The notes: generated from the sequence alone by a model not told the origin. Counted from the stretch's first letter, positions 28,394-39,447 are shown. The stretch: DNA of 54,148 bases from Candidatus Doudnabacteria bacterium (GCA_031291995.1 JARLHZ010000016.1:1-54148); one strand, 5' to 3'. Numbers and translations are program-made.

Positions 28394-28549
28394 TTATAAA
28401 TCTAAATCATCAACATCAATTCCTAAATTTCCCATCCGCTCTAAAGCCTCGTCCGCGTCGCCATTGTTAATCTGCTCGGCCAATTCTTCCTTAAGCCCGT
28501 CTTCGTCCACTTCCATTCTTATTTCGTCCACTAAATCTTCAAGTGGCAT
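28394..28549 (-). CDS. 51-aa highly acidic microprotein (not in ORF track)
   Basis: MPLEDLVDEIRMEVDEDGLKEELAEQINNGDADEALERMGNLGIDVDDLDL*; fills the gap in the gene run. Confidence 0.65.
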   Translation of the reverse strand: MPLEDLVDEIRMEVDEDGLKEELAEQINNGDADEALERMGNLGIDVDDLDL

Positions 28550-28567
28550 AGGTTTTAACTATTTGAT

Positions 28568-28717
28568 CTATCTTCTCCGGTTGTGCTTATTTCCAAGACT
28601 AAATAAAGCCCAAACGACAGAAAGCAGGCTTAAGAAAATTGCCAGTCCTTTGTGTCCGGTCTTAAAAAGGGCGTATATTAAGCAACAAAATGCTACAAAT
28701 AGTATGAAGTCTAACAT
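28568..28717 (-). CDS. 49-aa two-TM microprotein (not in ORF track)
   Basis: MLDFILFVAFCCLIYALFKTGHKGLAIFLSLLSVVWALFSLGNKHNRRR*; may extend to ATG 28764 if the A6 run is short by one. Confidence 0.55.
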   Translation of the reverse strand: MLDFILFVAFCCLIYALFKTGHKGLAIFLSLLSVVWALFSLGNKHNRRR

Positions 28718-28783
28718 TGGAGTTTGGTTATAATTTTTTCGTCTTCCAAATCTTCAAGCGACATAAATTACTTTATTAAGTTT

Positions 28784-29884
28784 TTAGGGTTGCTTCAATT
28801 CTTTAAGTAAAACATCCCAACCTATTCTGCCGGCTGTATAATCTGCAAAAATTTTATCCCAGCCCTCATTTGGAAGAAAACCGCTGTATTCAAGTTTAAT
28901 TTCATGGTCAAAATTATTTTTTGCTCTTAGTGTTTCTAGCACTTGTTTGTTAAATTGATCCACTAAATACTTTCTCCAATCATTGAGAGTTTTTTTATAT
29001 CTAATTACAGTGTAAACATCATAATAGGTGGTTACGGCCACATCCTGAGAAAGTAGCGACTTAAACGCGTAACCTATTTCCCCCTTAATAATATCATGTT
29101 TTCGCTTTTCTTTTTTATAATTGGTGTACCTAGTGAATTCTATCGGTAAATAGCGCTCGGTTGGCTCGTTGCTTCCTTTTCCTTGTTTGATACCGAACAT
29201 CCAAAATTTTTTTATACTGGGATAATAGCCTAAAGTTTTTTGTACGGGAGATCTTTTTGACAAAGGATTTTCATAATACAACACTTCATCCCTGTCAAAT
29301 TCATATTTTCTTGGTTTCAACTGTCCTTCCCAATCCCTAAAACGGTTGTTAGTAAGATAGGTTAACCAACTGTATTTTTGTTGATAAGTAACACTGCCTC
29401 CTATACCACTTACCCTTTTCATTGTTTCGGTAGGGAGGAAATTAAAATAAACCGGCAAAATTAATTTTTTACCTTTTAACTCAACCTCTCCCCAATCTAC
29501 TCCACAAAAGCATTTGTTTAAAGTTAACACCTCTCGGCAAGCCCAAGCAAGATACCCAGCAATATTGTATCCAAAAGAAAATAGATTATCTCTGGCAACA
29601 AGGCCGGAAAAAAAATGCCTGTTTAAAATATCCGGTAAACCCGCAACTTCTGTCTTTATAGTAAAATAATCATGTTCATAAGTGACATATCCTGGACGGT
29701 CATCTACTGGCCTTGCACGGGACGGAAAGAGTGACTCGGTTATACCTTCAATTTCTGAACGGCATCCAAAGTTAACATCACCGGCCACCCTCTCAAGTTG
29801 AGAATACCCTTTAACGAAATTTAAAAAGTAATCGGGTTGCTTAAATCCTTTGCTGGATTGGGCTTTGCTGCTATGTTTTTGCAT
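28784..29884 (-). CDS. Hypothetical protein (4th gene of defence-like operon)
   Basis: 366 aa, overlaps upstream gene by 14 nt. Confidence 0.7.
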   Translation of the reverse strand: MQKHSSKAQSSKGFKQPDYFLNFVKGYSQLERVAGDVNFGCRSEIEGITESLFPSRARPVDDRPGYVTYEHDYFTIKTEVAGLPDILNRHFFSGLVARDNLFSFGYNIAGYLAWACREVLTLNKCFCGVDWGEVELKGKKLILPVYFNFLPTETMKRVSGIGGSVTYQQKYSWLTYLTNNRFRDWEGQLKPRKYEFDRDEVLYYENPLSKRSPVQKTLGYYPSIKKFWMFGIKQGKGSNEPTERYLPIEFTRYTNYKKEKRKHDIIKGEIGYAFKSLLSQDVAVTTYYDVYTVIRYKKTLNDWRKYLVDQFNKQVLETLRAKNNFDHEIKLEYSGFLPNEGWDKIFADYTAGRIGWDVLLKELKQP

Positions 29885-32366
29885 AGGCGTAATTTGCCAA
29901 AATATTTACCATTTTATTTAATAAATCCTGTCTTTCTTTTACATATTCTACAAAAGCCTCAATGCTATCTTCTTCATAGTTTGAAACTCCATAGCTTAAC
30001 TCCCTAATCAACTTGCTTGGGTGGGCCGCCACCTCCTGTAATCCTGAATAAAAACGGACATTATCATAAGTTTTTGGTAGCAGACTAATTTTATACATAA
30101 TTTGTCCAAACCAATGATTATAGCGCGAAACTTCGCGGCTGATAAGTTTTAATTTTAGATTTAAGCCACCAAGGCTTTGAGGATCAGATAGTGTCTCTAC
30201 AGCCTTAGCAAAAAAGCCAGGTTTATATATTCTTTCCATCTCGTATATATACTTGGTAACAAAACTCCAGTCTTGTTCAAACTCTGCTGTCAAATAACAA
30301 ACGCCGCCCGTAATCACAATGATCCTGTTCGTTGTTACTAATTTTTCAACATCGGTTTCCTTATCATTTAATATGGTCAACATCATAGACAATGCTCTAA
30401 CGGAACCAGCAAACAACTTTTTTTGTTTTTCTATAATTGCTGGAAAGATAATCTTTTCTAACTGCTCAAGCATCTCATAGTCAACCAAGTCCTTTTTTGA
30501 TAGGCTTAATAAGTACCCGATGGTCATTTTAGAAAAAATTTTGTCCGATTCTTCCTCTGCTATTTCATATTTTTCTAAAAATATTAACCGTGCCAACCAT
30601 TCCATTCTAATCTTTAACCATTGAACAATCTGCTTTCCTTGCCCCACATTAACCAATCCAAGCATTATCTTATCTTGATTTTCTAAAATCATCCTAAAAT
30701 ATTTAGCCGTCATCGTTTTTTCTGTTTGCTTTAAGTCATCTATTATTTCCTTTTTTAACAAAGGCGCGGGTGTTATTATCTTGCCTTCAAATGATTGCTC
30801 TGCCTCTAAGCGATACCAATAATCCTTAATTTTTTCGTAAAAAATTGTTGGCAGATTGGCAGTTAGAACCTGTCTTTCTTTTATCCCTAAAATGGAATTT
30901 GTAGCTATAAGTTTGCCAACCCAACTTTCAACTTTTGAATAATCACCAAACCCGTCTAATATACTCAGGCTAATTGCAAAGTAGTCATTTACATATTCGT
31001 CTGACTCTATTTCTTTATTAGAGTCAATTTTTGGATAAAGATAAATAAAATTATTAAAAAACTTTTCTGCTAGTTCCATTTCCTGGGCTTCAAATAAACC
31101 AGGAAGAATTTTTTGGTATCTGTTAAAATTATCTCGGGAATAATTGCCCACCAATATTGTTTTATAAGCTTCAATTATACTAAGTAGAAGTGCGCTCCCC
31201 TCCAGGGTTTTTTCTACCTTTTGTTCTATACCATTTATTATTTTTTCCACTTTATTCTCAAACCAGGCGAAATCTGATTCTGTAAGATAAAGCGGCCCTT
31301 GCCCGCGCATCTCATAATTCAATTTTAAATTTATGGCAACCATATTGTCCGATTTAACCTGTTTATATTTTGTGGCGGCCCACCAGCCCGTGTCTTTATC
31401 TATATACCTTTTCTTTGCAGAGTAGTTATTCATAACATAAGCCAAAACCGGCAAAGCATATTGTGCGTTGGTATAGTTACCCGCTTTCCACAAGTCTTCA
31501 AATAGCTGCTCAATTAGCGTCAGGCTATTACGCGCCTTTGTTTGGGCATTTTGAATCACACTCCAGCTGTAAAAAGTAATTTTTTTGCGGTTGGTAGCAA
31601 GGCTTATAGAATCTATTATGTCGCTTCCTAATTTTTCAAATAGACGCTTAGGCTTTAGGGATAAAATATAGTGATCTTTAAAAATAAGTATCCCTAAGAT
31701 TGAAACAGTTGCCAAAATAATGACTGCGGGAAAGCTAAAAAAGGGCTGGCTATTCAAAAACTTTATTTTTATCAAAACAAAAAGTGCATACAAGTCCGTA
31801 AAGACCAAAAGCTTAAAAAAGAAATTTGTTACTGTGTCTTGATTAATGAAATTTGAGACTTCGGCTGAATATTTTTCCGTAGTCAATTGGAGGCCAACTG
31901 CGTATAGGGCAAAAATTAATCCTAAAATAGCGGATATGGCACCAATAATTATTTCTAGAGCGAGCTGGAAAAAATTACTATCGGGGAAGGTGAAGCGAGG
32001 AATGTCCGTAAATTGGCCAATTGATCTTAGATGAAATAAGTTCAACTCTTTAATTTGTATATAGTAATGCTGAAGCGCGGAATCAAAAAAGAGTGAAAAC
32101 ACAGCAAGGGCAAACAATTCCCAAAGGAGTTTTTTTGAGTGCTTTAATATTTGTAAGTCAATGGTATATTCTGTTCTTTCTCTATCCTCCTGGGCCTTCC
32201 ATACCCTAGCCCGTTCTTTTAGGTTTTGATAACTATGGTAAAAAACGCCCGCTATCCGGCCAGAATAGAGAGCGAAAAAACTCGGTTCTTTTCCTGGTTC
32301 AAAATCATCCCTATCTTTAGGGAAAATTTTATACCAAAAATATTGAATTATCCTAATCAAAGACAT
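29871..32366 (-). CDS. Large protein with N-terminal 4-TM region (DUF2254-like) and helical C-terminus
   Basis: ISAILGLIFALYAVGLQLTTEKYS pattern; 831 aa. Confidence 0.7.
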   Translation of the reverse strand: MSLIRIIQYFWYKIFPKDRDDFEPGKEPSFFALYSGRIAGVFYHSYQNLKERARVWKAQEDRERTEYTIDLQILKHSKKLLWELFALAVFSLFFDSALQHYYIQIKELNLFHLRSIGQFTDIPRFTFPDSNFFQLALEIIIGAISAILGLIFALYAVGLQLTTEKYSAEVSNFINQDTVTNFFFKLLVFTDLYALFVLIKIKFLNSQPFFSFPAVIILATVSILGILIFKDHYILSLKPKRLFEKLGSDIIDSISLATNRKKITFYSWSVIQNAQTKARNSLTLIEQLFEDLWKAGNYTNAQYALPVLAYVMNNYSAKKRYIDKDTGWWAATKYKQVKSDNMVAINLKLNYEMRGQGPLYLTESDFAWFENKVEKIINGIEQKVEKTLEGSALLLSIIEAYKTILVGNYSRDNFNRYQKILPGLFEAQEMELAEKFFNNFIYLYPKIDSNKEIESDEYVNDYFAISLSILDGFGDYSKVESWVGKLIATNSILGIKERQVLTANLPTIFYEKIKDYWYRLEAEQSFEGKIITPAPLLKKEIIDDLKQTEKTMTAKYFRMILENQDKIMLGLVNVGQGKQIVQWLKIRMEWLARLIFLEKYEIAEEESDKIFSKMTIGYLLSLSKKDLVDYEMLEQLEKIIFPAIIEKQKKLFAGSVRALSMMLTILNDKETDVEKLVTTNRIIVITGGVCYLTAEFEQDWSFVTKYIYEMERIYKPGFFAKAVETLSDPQSLGGLNLKLKLISREVSRYNHWFGQIMYKISLLPKTYDNVRFYSGLQEVAAHPSKLIRELSYGVSNYEEDSIEAFVEYVKERQDLLNKMVNILANYAYAKT

Positions 32367-32368
32367 AA

Positions 32369-35300
32369 TTAAAAATTTCCTACAATTTTAATTTCCTCAC
32401 CGGTTAGGCCATAAAGTTTATAAACCATTTTGTCTATCTGTTCTTCAAGGTCGTGGACTTTGGCTTTTTTGGCGGCATTGTTTAAATAATCGTCTGATTT
32501 CGTTATAACTAAAATTATATCAACAATCTCGTTAAACTGCTTTTGTATATTTTCACCGACAATTTTAATTGGTATTTCAGAAACGGGATTTCCTATAAGT
32601 TCTAATATTTCACCTTTTCTTTTACCTCGGTGATATAACCATAGATAATAAAGTTTAGAATTTAATAACGCCAAAATATATTTTAAATCTATATTTTTAT
32701 AGTCTCCTTTTTGAGTTATAAAAAAAACATCCGACATGGCATACCAAGTAACCTCATTGTAGCCAAATGTATTTGTATTGCTTCTTTGCGGGAACACGAT
32801 TTTAGGACCGTCAAAGTTTAATTTTCTACTTGTGGACATAACGTACCAGTATCCGTTATTGAAAGCAGATTCTAGTGTGCCAGTTCTCGGCCTGTCGGTT
32901 AAAAGTTTTTCAAATCTTTTTAAATGCTTTTTTATTTTTGGGTAGGCATTTAAATCCGGCCTATCTGTATACCTCAAATTTATCAAGTTCAGCTCATTTT
33001 TTGTATTTGTATAAAACTTTTTTATATCGGAATTTTTAAACAAGGGCTTAATTATTTTAGTCTCGTCATTAGAAAAACCATTATCCTTCACTTCCTGGTT
33101 TGTTAAAATGAAGATCCCTTCGCCTGTACTCGCGTCATTTATTTTATATTTACTTTTTTTATCCGCGCTCAACTTATCGGCTCCGGCAAAAACTCCGTTA
33201 TTAACATTACAAATGGTGCCTAGTAAGGCTCCTTGTAGTTTTATTTTGTTTAACAAAATTTGAATTGGGTCACTATTATTTGACGAAGCTCCGCTTAATC
33301 TAATATAATATTCATCGCCGTCGAACAAATCTTTTTGTTTAACGTCAAAATATTCAGTTTCATTATCTTGCCAGCTCACTATTTCACTAAGGATTTTTGA
33401 ATTAGCAATCCCCGCTTGCTTTGTTATAGCGGTTTTTGCCATAATTTGATCATTTTGCCCTTTTGATAAAATGGTGACCATATTATGCTGCCCCATTGCT
33501 GATTCAAAGATTCTCAAATCGTTAAAATTAATTAGCCTTCTGATTATTGTTCTGTTTCTAAAATCCTCTCGTAATTTTTTCGCACCCAAAGCTGTTGGGT
33601 AGTAATCTGTTGTTATAAAAGCTATCTGCGAATTTACATTTCCTAAATTTAGGGCTAAATGAAAAAAGAAATAGAAAAAATCCATTTTCCCCAGATAAAA
33701 CTTACCAAGAAAATCACTATTTTTTATCTCTCTAAATGATTCCTTATGGCCTTTTTCGCCAATATAGGGTGGGTTTGCTATCAAAACATCAAAGCCGCCT
33801 TTCTGTTGAAATACTTCAGCAAAGTTAAGTTTCCAAAGGAAAAATGGCTTCGTATTAGTTTGCTTTAGTTGCTCAAGCTTTTTTAACTCGGAGGTTTTTT
33901 TATTTTCTTCCAGGCTTGCTTCAATCAAATCCCATTCCAGATTTTCAATTTTTCTCTTTAATTCTTCTTTTGTTCGTTTGTTGGTTTCTTCAAAGAATTT
34001 TTTATGCAGATTTTCCAGCTCATCCCTAATCTGCTTTGACTCTGCAACGCTGGCAAACAGATCTTTTTGCTCAATACTACTGTTGTTTGGTAGTCGCTTT
34101 TTCTCTTTAAGGATTGCCCGGAGCTGAGTTTCCATATTAACGACTTCCAGCGGCTTAACAGCTTCTTTGTTATTCATCCATTCCGGATTTTTCATGTAAA
34201 ATTTTAACAGCTCACCTTGCAAAGAAATTATTTTTTGGTTGTCCGGCTGGAATATTCGCGCATCAATGATTGGCGATTCAAGGAGCTTCTCATCAAAAAG
34301 TTTTATACCCTCAAACTCTTCCAGGAGGCTGTTGCCCTGCATAATCTTGTAATCCAGGTTTGGCAATGGCTTAATGTCCTTAATATCCTCTTCGTCCACA
34401 ATTAAAGACAGCCAAAGCCGCAACTTGGCTATTTCCACGGCTCCGGGGTCAATATCCACACCATAGAGCGAATTTTGAATGCAGTCGCGCTTAAAGCTAT
34501 ATATAGTCCTACTTTCCTGGTACGCGGCCATTTGTTCCGCGTGCGGAGCGAGTAGATAATTAGAAAGCACGTTCCTGGCTTTTACAATCTCGCTCATCAT
34601 ACCGACGGGGAAAGCGCCGGACCCAATGGCTGGATCGCAGACTTTAATATTCGCCAGTTTGTAATCTATGTCGGCCGCGCTATGATAAATATTTTTTGAA
34701 AGCTGATGGTAGTAGGTTTCCGTTTCTTTACCAAGTTTCTCTACCTGGGCTTCGTTCTCGGCTATCAACTCCCCATATTTAACCAACTGCTCAATTTCTT
34801 CCTTTGGTATGCTATTTTCAAATTCAGTAGCCAGATAGTTAATTAGGCTTTGCTGGCACATATAATGGACGATTTCGCGCGGTGTGTAATAAGTGCCTTT
34901 GGACTTGCGGTCCTTAACTTCCAGTAAGTTTTCAAATACTTTCCCGAGCATTTCCGGGTCAACGGCTACCTCTTTTTCCAAGGGCTCATCTTCCTTAACC
35001 GTAAAGTTATAACGGTCAAAAATATCCAAAATGCCGGTGCCGATGTCTCCGGTTTTTAAATCTTTAACTTCGTTTGAAAATAACTCATTGGGCAACTCAA
35101 TGTCCGTATGCACCCAGTCATAATTCCTTAATGGATCAAAAAGTCCGCCGTTTAAAAAAGGAATTTTGCAGTTAAACCTGTCCGACCAGTCATCCTGGCG
35201 CTCCACAGCCAGGGCGTTATAGAACAGCGGCTCCAAAACATCATTAAAGAAATTTTTGTACTCACAGTAACGCTTTACGTACAGCCGGCGCAAAAAGTCT

Positions 35301-36115
35301 TTTGGCCCAGTGCCCCATTCGCTATCCCTTTCTACACCAAACCAGCCCTTTTTTTGCAGGAAGTAGAGGAAAACAATCTGGCCTAAAAGTTTTTTGGCAA
35401 AGTCTGCTGTTTCGACAGCTTTACTGGAAAATTCCTGTTTTATTTTAAAATCGGTTTCCAAAACTTTATCCAAAGCCTCTTTGACCTCAAGGAATAACTC
35501 ACGGTATTTATTAAAGAACTCCTTAGTAACAATTTCAATGTTAAATGCCGTTTCAAGATCGGAAAGTAATGGATTATTTTGGTCATCCGCCAGTATCGGC
35601 AAAAGCTGTTTTTGGGCGGTATGGCTGTTTTCATTCTTGCCAACCAGGAAAGAAAAGCGTTTGGCTGGGGTTAACTCTTTGGTGACTTTGCTTTTGCCTT
35701 TGTCATCCTTGCCCAGCTGGTAATCCATTTTGATAAGCGAAAAACGCCAATCCTCGGATTCGTCAGTATAAAAGGCCACAACGGCCGCGTCTTTAAGCTC
35801 GCCTCCTCTGCTGCCATTTAAATACCACGCAACGAAATTACGCTGCATGGTTCGGGCGTGTTCAATGGATTTTACTTTTTTGAGACGAACTATTAGGATG
35901 TCTAGCCTATTGCCTTCCGCGTCCGTATATTTGCCTAAGCGTTCTAGGGTATGGATGAATGGCTGATAAGCCTGCGGCACAGTGTTGCCCCGATACACAA
36001 AAGTCGCAACTTCAATTTTGTTGAAAAGCTCTTTTATGAATTTGGTAAAACGTTCTTTATCAAAAGAATTTTGGAATGTTTCCCGGACAATTCTTTTCGC
36101 GGCATTTGTGTCCAT
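32369..36115 (-). CDS. Type IIG/Eco57I-like N6-adenine methyltransferase with TaqI-like specificity domain
   Basis: FLNGGLF, GTYYTP, CDPAIGSGAF, NPPY, LALLNS. Confidence 0.9.
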   Translation of the reverse strand: MDTNAAKRIVRETFQNSFDKERFTKFIKELFNKIEVATFVYRGNTVPQAYQPFIHTLERLGKYTDAEGNRLDILIVRLKKVKSIEHARTMQRNFVAWYLNGSRGGELKDAAVVAFYTDESEDWRFSLIKMDYQLGKDDKGKSKVTKELTPAKRFSFLVGKNENSHTAQKQLLPILADDQNNPLLSDLETAFNIEIVTKEFFNKYRELFLEVKEALDKVLETDFKIKQEFSSKAVETADFAKKLLGQIVFLYFLQKKGWFGVERDSEWGTGPKDFLRRLYVKRYCEYKNFFNDVLEPLFYNALAVERQDDWSDRFNCKIPFLNGGLFDPLRNYDWVHTDIELPNELFSNEVKDLKTGDIGTGILDIFDRYNFTVKEDEPLEKEVAVDPEMLGKVFENLLEVKDRKSKGTYYTPREIVHYMCQQSLINYLATEFENSIPKEEIEQLVKYGELIAENEAQVEKLGKETETYYHQLSKNIYHSAADIDYKLANIKVCDPAIGSGAFPVGMMSEIVKARNVLSNYLLAPHAEQMAAYQESRTIYSFKRDCIQNSLYGVDIDPGAVEIAKLRLWLSLIVDEEDIKDIKPLPNLDYKIMQGNSLLEEFEGIKLFDEKLLESPIIDARIFQPDNQKIISLQGELLKFYMKNPEWMNNKEAVKPLEVVNMETQLRAILKEKKRLPNNSSIEQKDLFASVAESKQIRDELENLHKKFFEETNKRTKEELKRKIENLEWDLIEASLEENKKTSELKKLEQLKQTNTKPFFLWKLNFAEVFQQKGGFDVLIANPPYIGEKGHKESFREIKNSDFLGKFYLGKMDFFYFFFHLALNLGNVNSQIAFITTDYYPTALGAKKLREDFRNRTIIRRLINFNDLRIFESAMGQHNMVTILSKGQNDQIMAKTAITKQAGIANSKILSEIVSWQDNETEYFDVKQKDLFDGDEYYIRLSGASSNNSDPIQILLNKIKLQGALLGTICNVNNGVFAGADKLSADKKSKYKINDASTGEGIFILTNQEVKDNGFSNDETKIIKPLFKNSDIKKFYTNTKNELNLINLRYTDRPDLNAYPKIKKHLKRFEKLLTDRPRTGTLESAFNNGYWYVMSTSRKLNFDGPKIVFPQRSNTNTFGYNEVTWYAMSDVFFITQKGDYKNIDLKYILALLNSKLYYLWLYHRGKRKGEILELIGNPVSEIPIKIVGENIQKQFNEIVDIILVITKSDDYLNNAAKKAKVHDLEEQIDKMVYKLYGLTGEEIKIVGNF

Positions 36116-36125
36116 ATCATTTGAA

Positions 36126-39100
36126 TCATTTGGCGGTTAAAAATTCCGACAAGATAACTTCTCTCGGCCCGGAAGTTTTGGCGCTGTTTTCAGCCAGTGT
36201 CTCCTGGAAGAACTCCTCGGCTATATTGGTTTTCAATATCCCAAGAATCTTTAGAGGGTTAGTTTCTTCTTTCAGCGCCTGAACTAAAACTTTTGTGGTT
36301 TGTTTGGGCAGGCCGCCTTCTTCAAGGAGTTTAATAAGCTTCTTTATATAGGCTTCGTCCTCGTCGGTGTAGCCCTTAAAGTCCTTAATCTGCTTGGATT
36401 TTAAATATCTTAAAACCATTGAGGCGTTATCACGCCCTGCCTTAGTCGCCAACTCCACAGCCTGATCCGTAGTGGCAAACTGGAATTCTTTTTTATTGAA
36501 CTCCAAGAGTTGGTAAAAGTCAGTTTCCAATTTTTCCTGTTTGGTGTCGGCCGTGGCTTCTAAAGTTTTAGCCGCCTGGACAAAGTCCAGTTCATTAGCC
36601 GCTGAAATATCGGCAAGATAAAACTTTTGGATTTTGCCCTTTCGAAAATATGTTAACAAGGCGTTCCCTTTGTCTTTGTTTGCCCTGGCAGTCCGTGCCT
36701 TTTTGGGCAATCTTTTTATTTTTTCAAACATATCGGGCTGATTGTCCCGAAGGTCCCGAATGACTTTTAGATACTTCAAATCGCTGTCCTCGGCCTCACC
36801 CTCTTGGGTTAAAGTTTCTTTGGAAGTTAAACGGCGGAATAAATCGTGAGACTTAATTTCTTCGCCCTCGGTTAACAGCCTGGCATCGGCTCCCAGCATT
36901 TCTATAAAGGCCTGAATTTTATATTCCGCAGCCTCTTTGAGCTTTAACAGGTTGTTGGATTGGACAGTGGGAAAGAAATTAAAGGTGTAAATTTTCGGGA
37001 ACTTGGTATCTACCCTGTTTATGCGCCCGACTCTCTGGATTAGCCTTGTGGGGTTCCAGGGGATGTCATAGTTAATAACCACGCAGGACCGGTGTAGGTT
37101 TACGCCTTCGGCCAATATTTCGGTGGTGATTAAAAGGCGGTATTCATCTTTAGGAAACCTGACTTTAGCGTCAAAGTTTTGGATAACTTTTTCGCGGACA
37201 ATGGAACTGGAAGCCCCGGAAAATGCTATAACCTGGCTGCCGAATTTTTCCCTTAGGTTCTTTTCCAAGTAGTCGGCCGTTTCCTTGGACTCGGTAAAAA
37301 TAATTAGCTTGTTATCTTTTAATATCTGATTCTCGGAAAGAATCTTAATAAATGTCAGAAGTTTTGGATCACGGTTAACCGAATCCCATAACTTGGATAT
37401 TTGCTTTAGCACTTCTAAATCTTTTTCTAAGTCATTTTTAAACTGGGCTTCAAAATCTTTTGCTGCCAGCCTGGTGGCCTTGTCTTCATCAATCAATTTT
37501 TGAACCGCGTCGTCATTGCCGTCTTCCAGGAACTCAAAAATTTTGTTTGTGTACTTTTTGCTGACGTAAACGCTGCCTTTATCAAATTCGCCTATAAACT
37601 GCTCGTAGGAATGGATAAAACGGCGCAGCGACTGCTTAAAGGCGTAAAAGCTGCTTTCAAGGCGTTTAACCATCAAGATTTTTAAGAACTTGCGCATGTT
37701 GGTTTGCGCCATCTCTTCGCTTTGATTTTTCTCCCCTTTGTAATACAAATAAGGGATGTAACGGGAGTATTTAAATTTATTTAAAAGCAGGTTTATGGTT
37801 TCGTTAAAAACTTTGTCCTCGTTTTCATCCAATTCATAAAACACGGCTTCCGGCTTTTCCACATCGGGGAACTTTAATTTTTGTTTGATTAAATCGTCCT
37901 CAAAGTATTTAATAATCTCGTTGCGGGTGCGGCGAACCATTAAATATTTTAAGACTTTATCGCGGATTTCCTGGGCATTGGATTTAACTATTTCCAGATA
38001 CTTTTCCCTGTCCTTTTGCCTGTCTAAGTTTTTTAGTTTTTTTTCAAGATTGCCAAAGAAACTATCCAAATCAGCCACATTAGGGATAGTGCTTTTTTTG
38101 GATTTTTGGAAAAGTTTAATCAGCCCCAAAATATCTTTTGGGGAGTTGTTTAGGGGCGTGGCCGAAACTAAAATGATTCTTTTGCCACGGCAGACTTGGG
38201 CCAGTTTTTCGTATGTAAAGTTTGTTTCGTTGCGGAAACGATGGGCTTCATCAATAAAGATGTTTTTATATTTTTCCGTACCCTTTTGGACCAGAGCATC
38301 CAGTTTTCCTAAAGACTGATAATCAGCGTGGACTTTGAAATCGGAAAAAACATTTTTCCAGGAGCCAGGGTTTTCTTCATCTAGTAAAACTGGCGGCGCA
38401 ATAACCAAACTCCTACCGTCAAGCTGTTGTGCCAGCATTGCTGAAATATAAGTTTTACCAAGACCAACCACATCAGCAATAAAAACTCCGCCATACTCTT
38501 CTAATTTTGCCTTGGCATCCTTTACGGCTTCGGTTTGGTATTCCAGATCAAGAAAATTTTCCGGCAGGTATTTTTTAAAAATACTTTCCTGATCCGTATT
38601 GATTTTTTCCTTAAAATATTCGTATAAAAATTTGAGATAAAGCTCATAAGGCGTGATGGTGTTGCTTAGCCAAGTTTTATTCTCAATAGTTTCAATGTAT
38701 TTTTCGCTTACATCAACCGCGTTAGCCCACAGCTCATTGAATTTTTCCAGGGCATAATCGTAATCGGCGCGGGTCTTTAACTCCACATTAAATTCCAAAT
38801 TGTCTATAAGCCCGGCTCTGGTAAAATTGCTTGAGCCTGTTATCACTCTGCCAGCGTCTCTGTCTCCCTCCGCAAACGTCATTATGTAAAGCTTGGCATG
38901 GATATTGGCGGAAGGGTAGGCTTTTATTTCCAGCTTGCCACTTTTCAGCCATTCGATAAATTTTGTAACGCCGTCTTCAACTTCCCGGCTGTCTTCGGAT
39001 TTTTCCAGTTCGCCTGTTACTAACCCAGAAAAAGTTTCCTTAACTTCGGCATGGGAAAAATTCATTTCCTGCTGCTCTTCCTTGGCTTCCTGAATTGAAT

Positions 39101-39311
39101 CATAAACTTTTTGATCAGTATTTATGCCAATAAGGACACGGACTTTGTCGGTGTGTGCAAGAGACTTATAAATAGCGTGAAAACCGCTTGTATAAAAATA
39201 GCCAACCAAGGCGTCAAAAAATTGAGTATCCTTGATTAAAACTTTAAAGCGATCTAAAAGATTCCGTTCCTTTTCATTAGTGATAAAGGTTAGGTCGTGG
39301 TTTGTGTTCAT
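36126..39311 (-). CDS. PLD-nuclease/SNF2 helicase fusion
   Basis: HAKLYI...GSSN; DVVGLGKT, DEAH, SATP, QRVGRINR. Confidence 0.9.
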   Translation of the reverse strand: MNTNHDLTFITNEKERNLLDRFKVLIKDTQFFDALVGYFYTSGFHAIYKSLAHTDKVRVLIGINTDQKVYDSIQEAKEEQQEMNFSHAEVKETFSGLVTGELEKSEDSREVEDGVTKFIEWLKSGKLEIKAYPSANIHAKLYIMTFAEGDRDAGRVITGSSNFTRAGLIDNLEFNVELKTRADYDYALEKFNELWANAVDVSEKYIETIENKTWLSNTITPYELYLKFLYEYFKEKINTDQESIFKKYLPENFLDLEYQTEAVKDAKAKLEEYGGVFIADVVGLGKTYISAMLAQQLDGRSLVIAPPVLLDEENPGSWKNVFSDFKVHADYQSLGKLDALVQKGTEKYKNIFIDEAHRFRNETNFTYEKLAQVCRGKRIILVSATPLNNSPKDILGLIKLFQKSKKSTIPNVADLDSFFGNLEKKLKNLDRQKDREKYLEIVKSNAQEIRDKVLKYLMVRRTRNEIIKYFEDDLIKQKLKFPDVEKPEAVFYELDENEDKVFNETINLLLNKFKYSRYIPYLYYKGEKNQSEEMAQTNMRKFLKILMVKRLESSFYAFKQSLRRFIHSYEQFIGEFDKGSVYVSKKYTNKIFEFLEDGNDDAVQKLIDEDKATRLAAKDFEAQFKNDLEKDLEVLKQISKLWDSVNRDPKLLTFIKILSENQILKDNKLIIFTESKETADYLEKNLREKFGSQVIAFSGASSSIVREKVIQNFDAKVRFPKDEYRLLITTEILAEGVNLHRSCVVINYDIPWNPTRLIQRVGRINRVDTKFPKIYTFNFFPTVQSNNLLKLKEAAEYKIQAFIEMLGADARLLTEGEEIKSHDLFRRLTSKETLTQEGEAEDSDLKYLKVIRDLRDNQPDMFEKIKRLPKKARTARANKDKGNALLTYFRKGKIQKFYLADISAANELDFVQAAKTLEATADTKQEKLETDFYQLLEFNKKEFQFATTDQAVELATKAGRDNASMVLRYLKSKQIKDFKGYTDEDEAYIKKLIKLLEEGGLPKQTTKVLVQALKEETNPLKILGILKTNIAEEFFQETLAENSAKTSGPREVILSEFLTAK

Positions 39312-39447
39312 ATAGGTATTTCATATATAAAGCAGGGAAGCCAAAGCGAAAAGGCGAGGCACAGTCTGCATTATTGCCTTTATTTTCGCATTTTTTCAGC
39401 TATAAGTCAAAGCTCTAAAGATGTATAGTACGTCGCCAAATACGACA

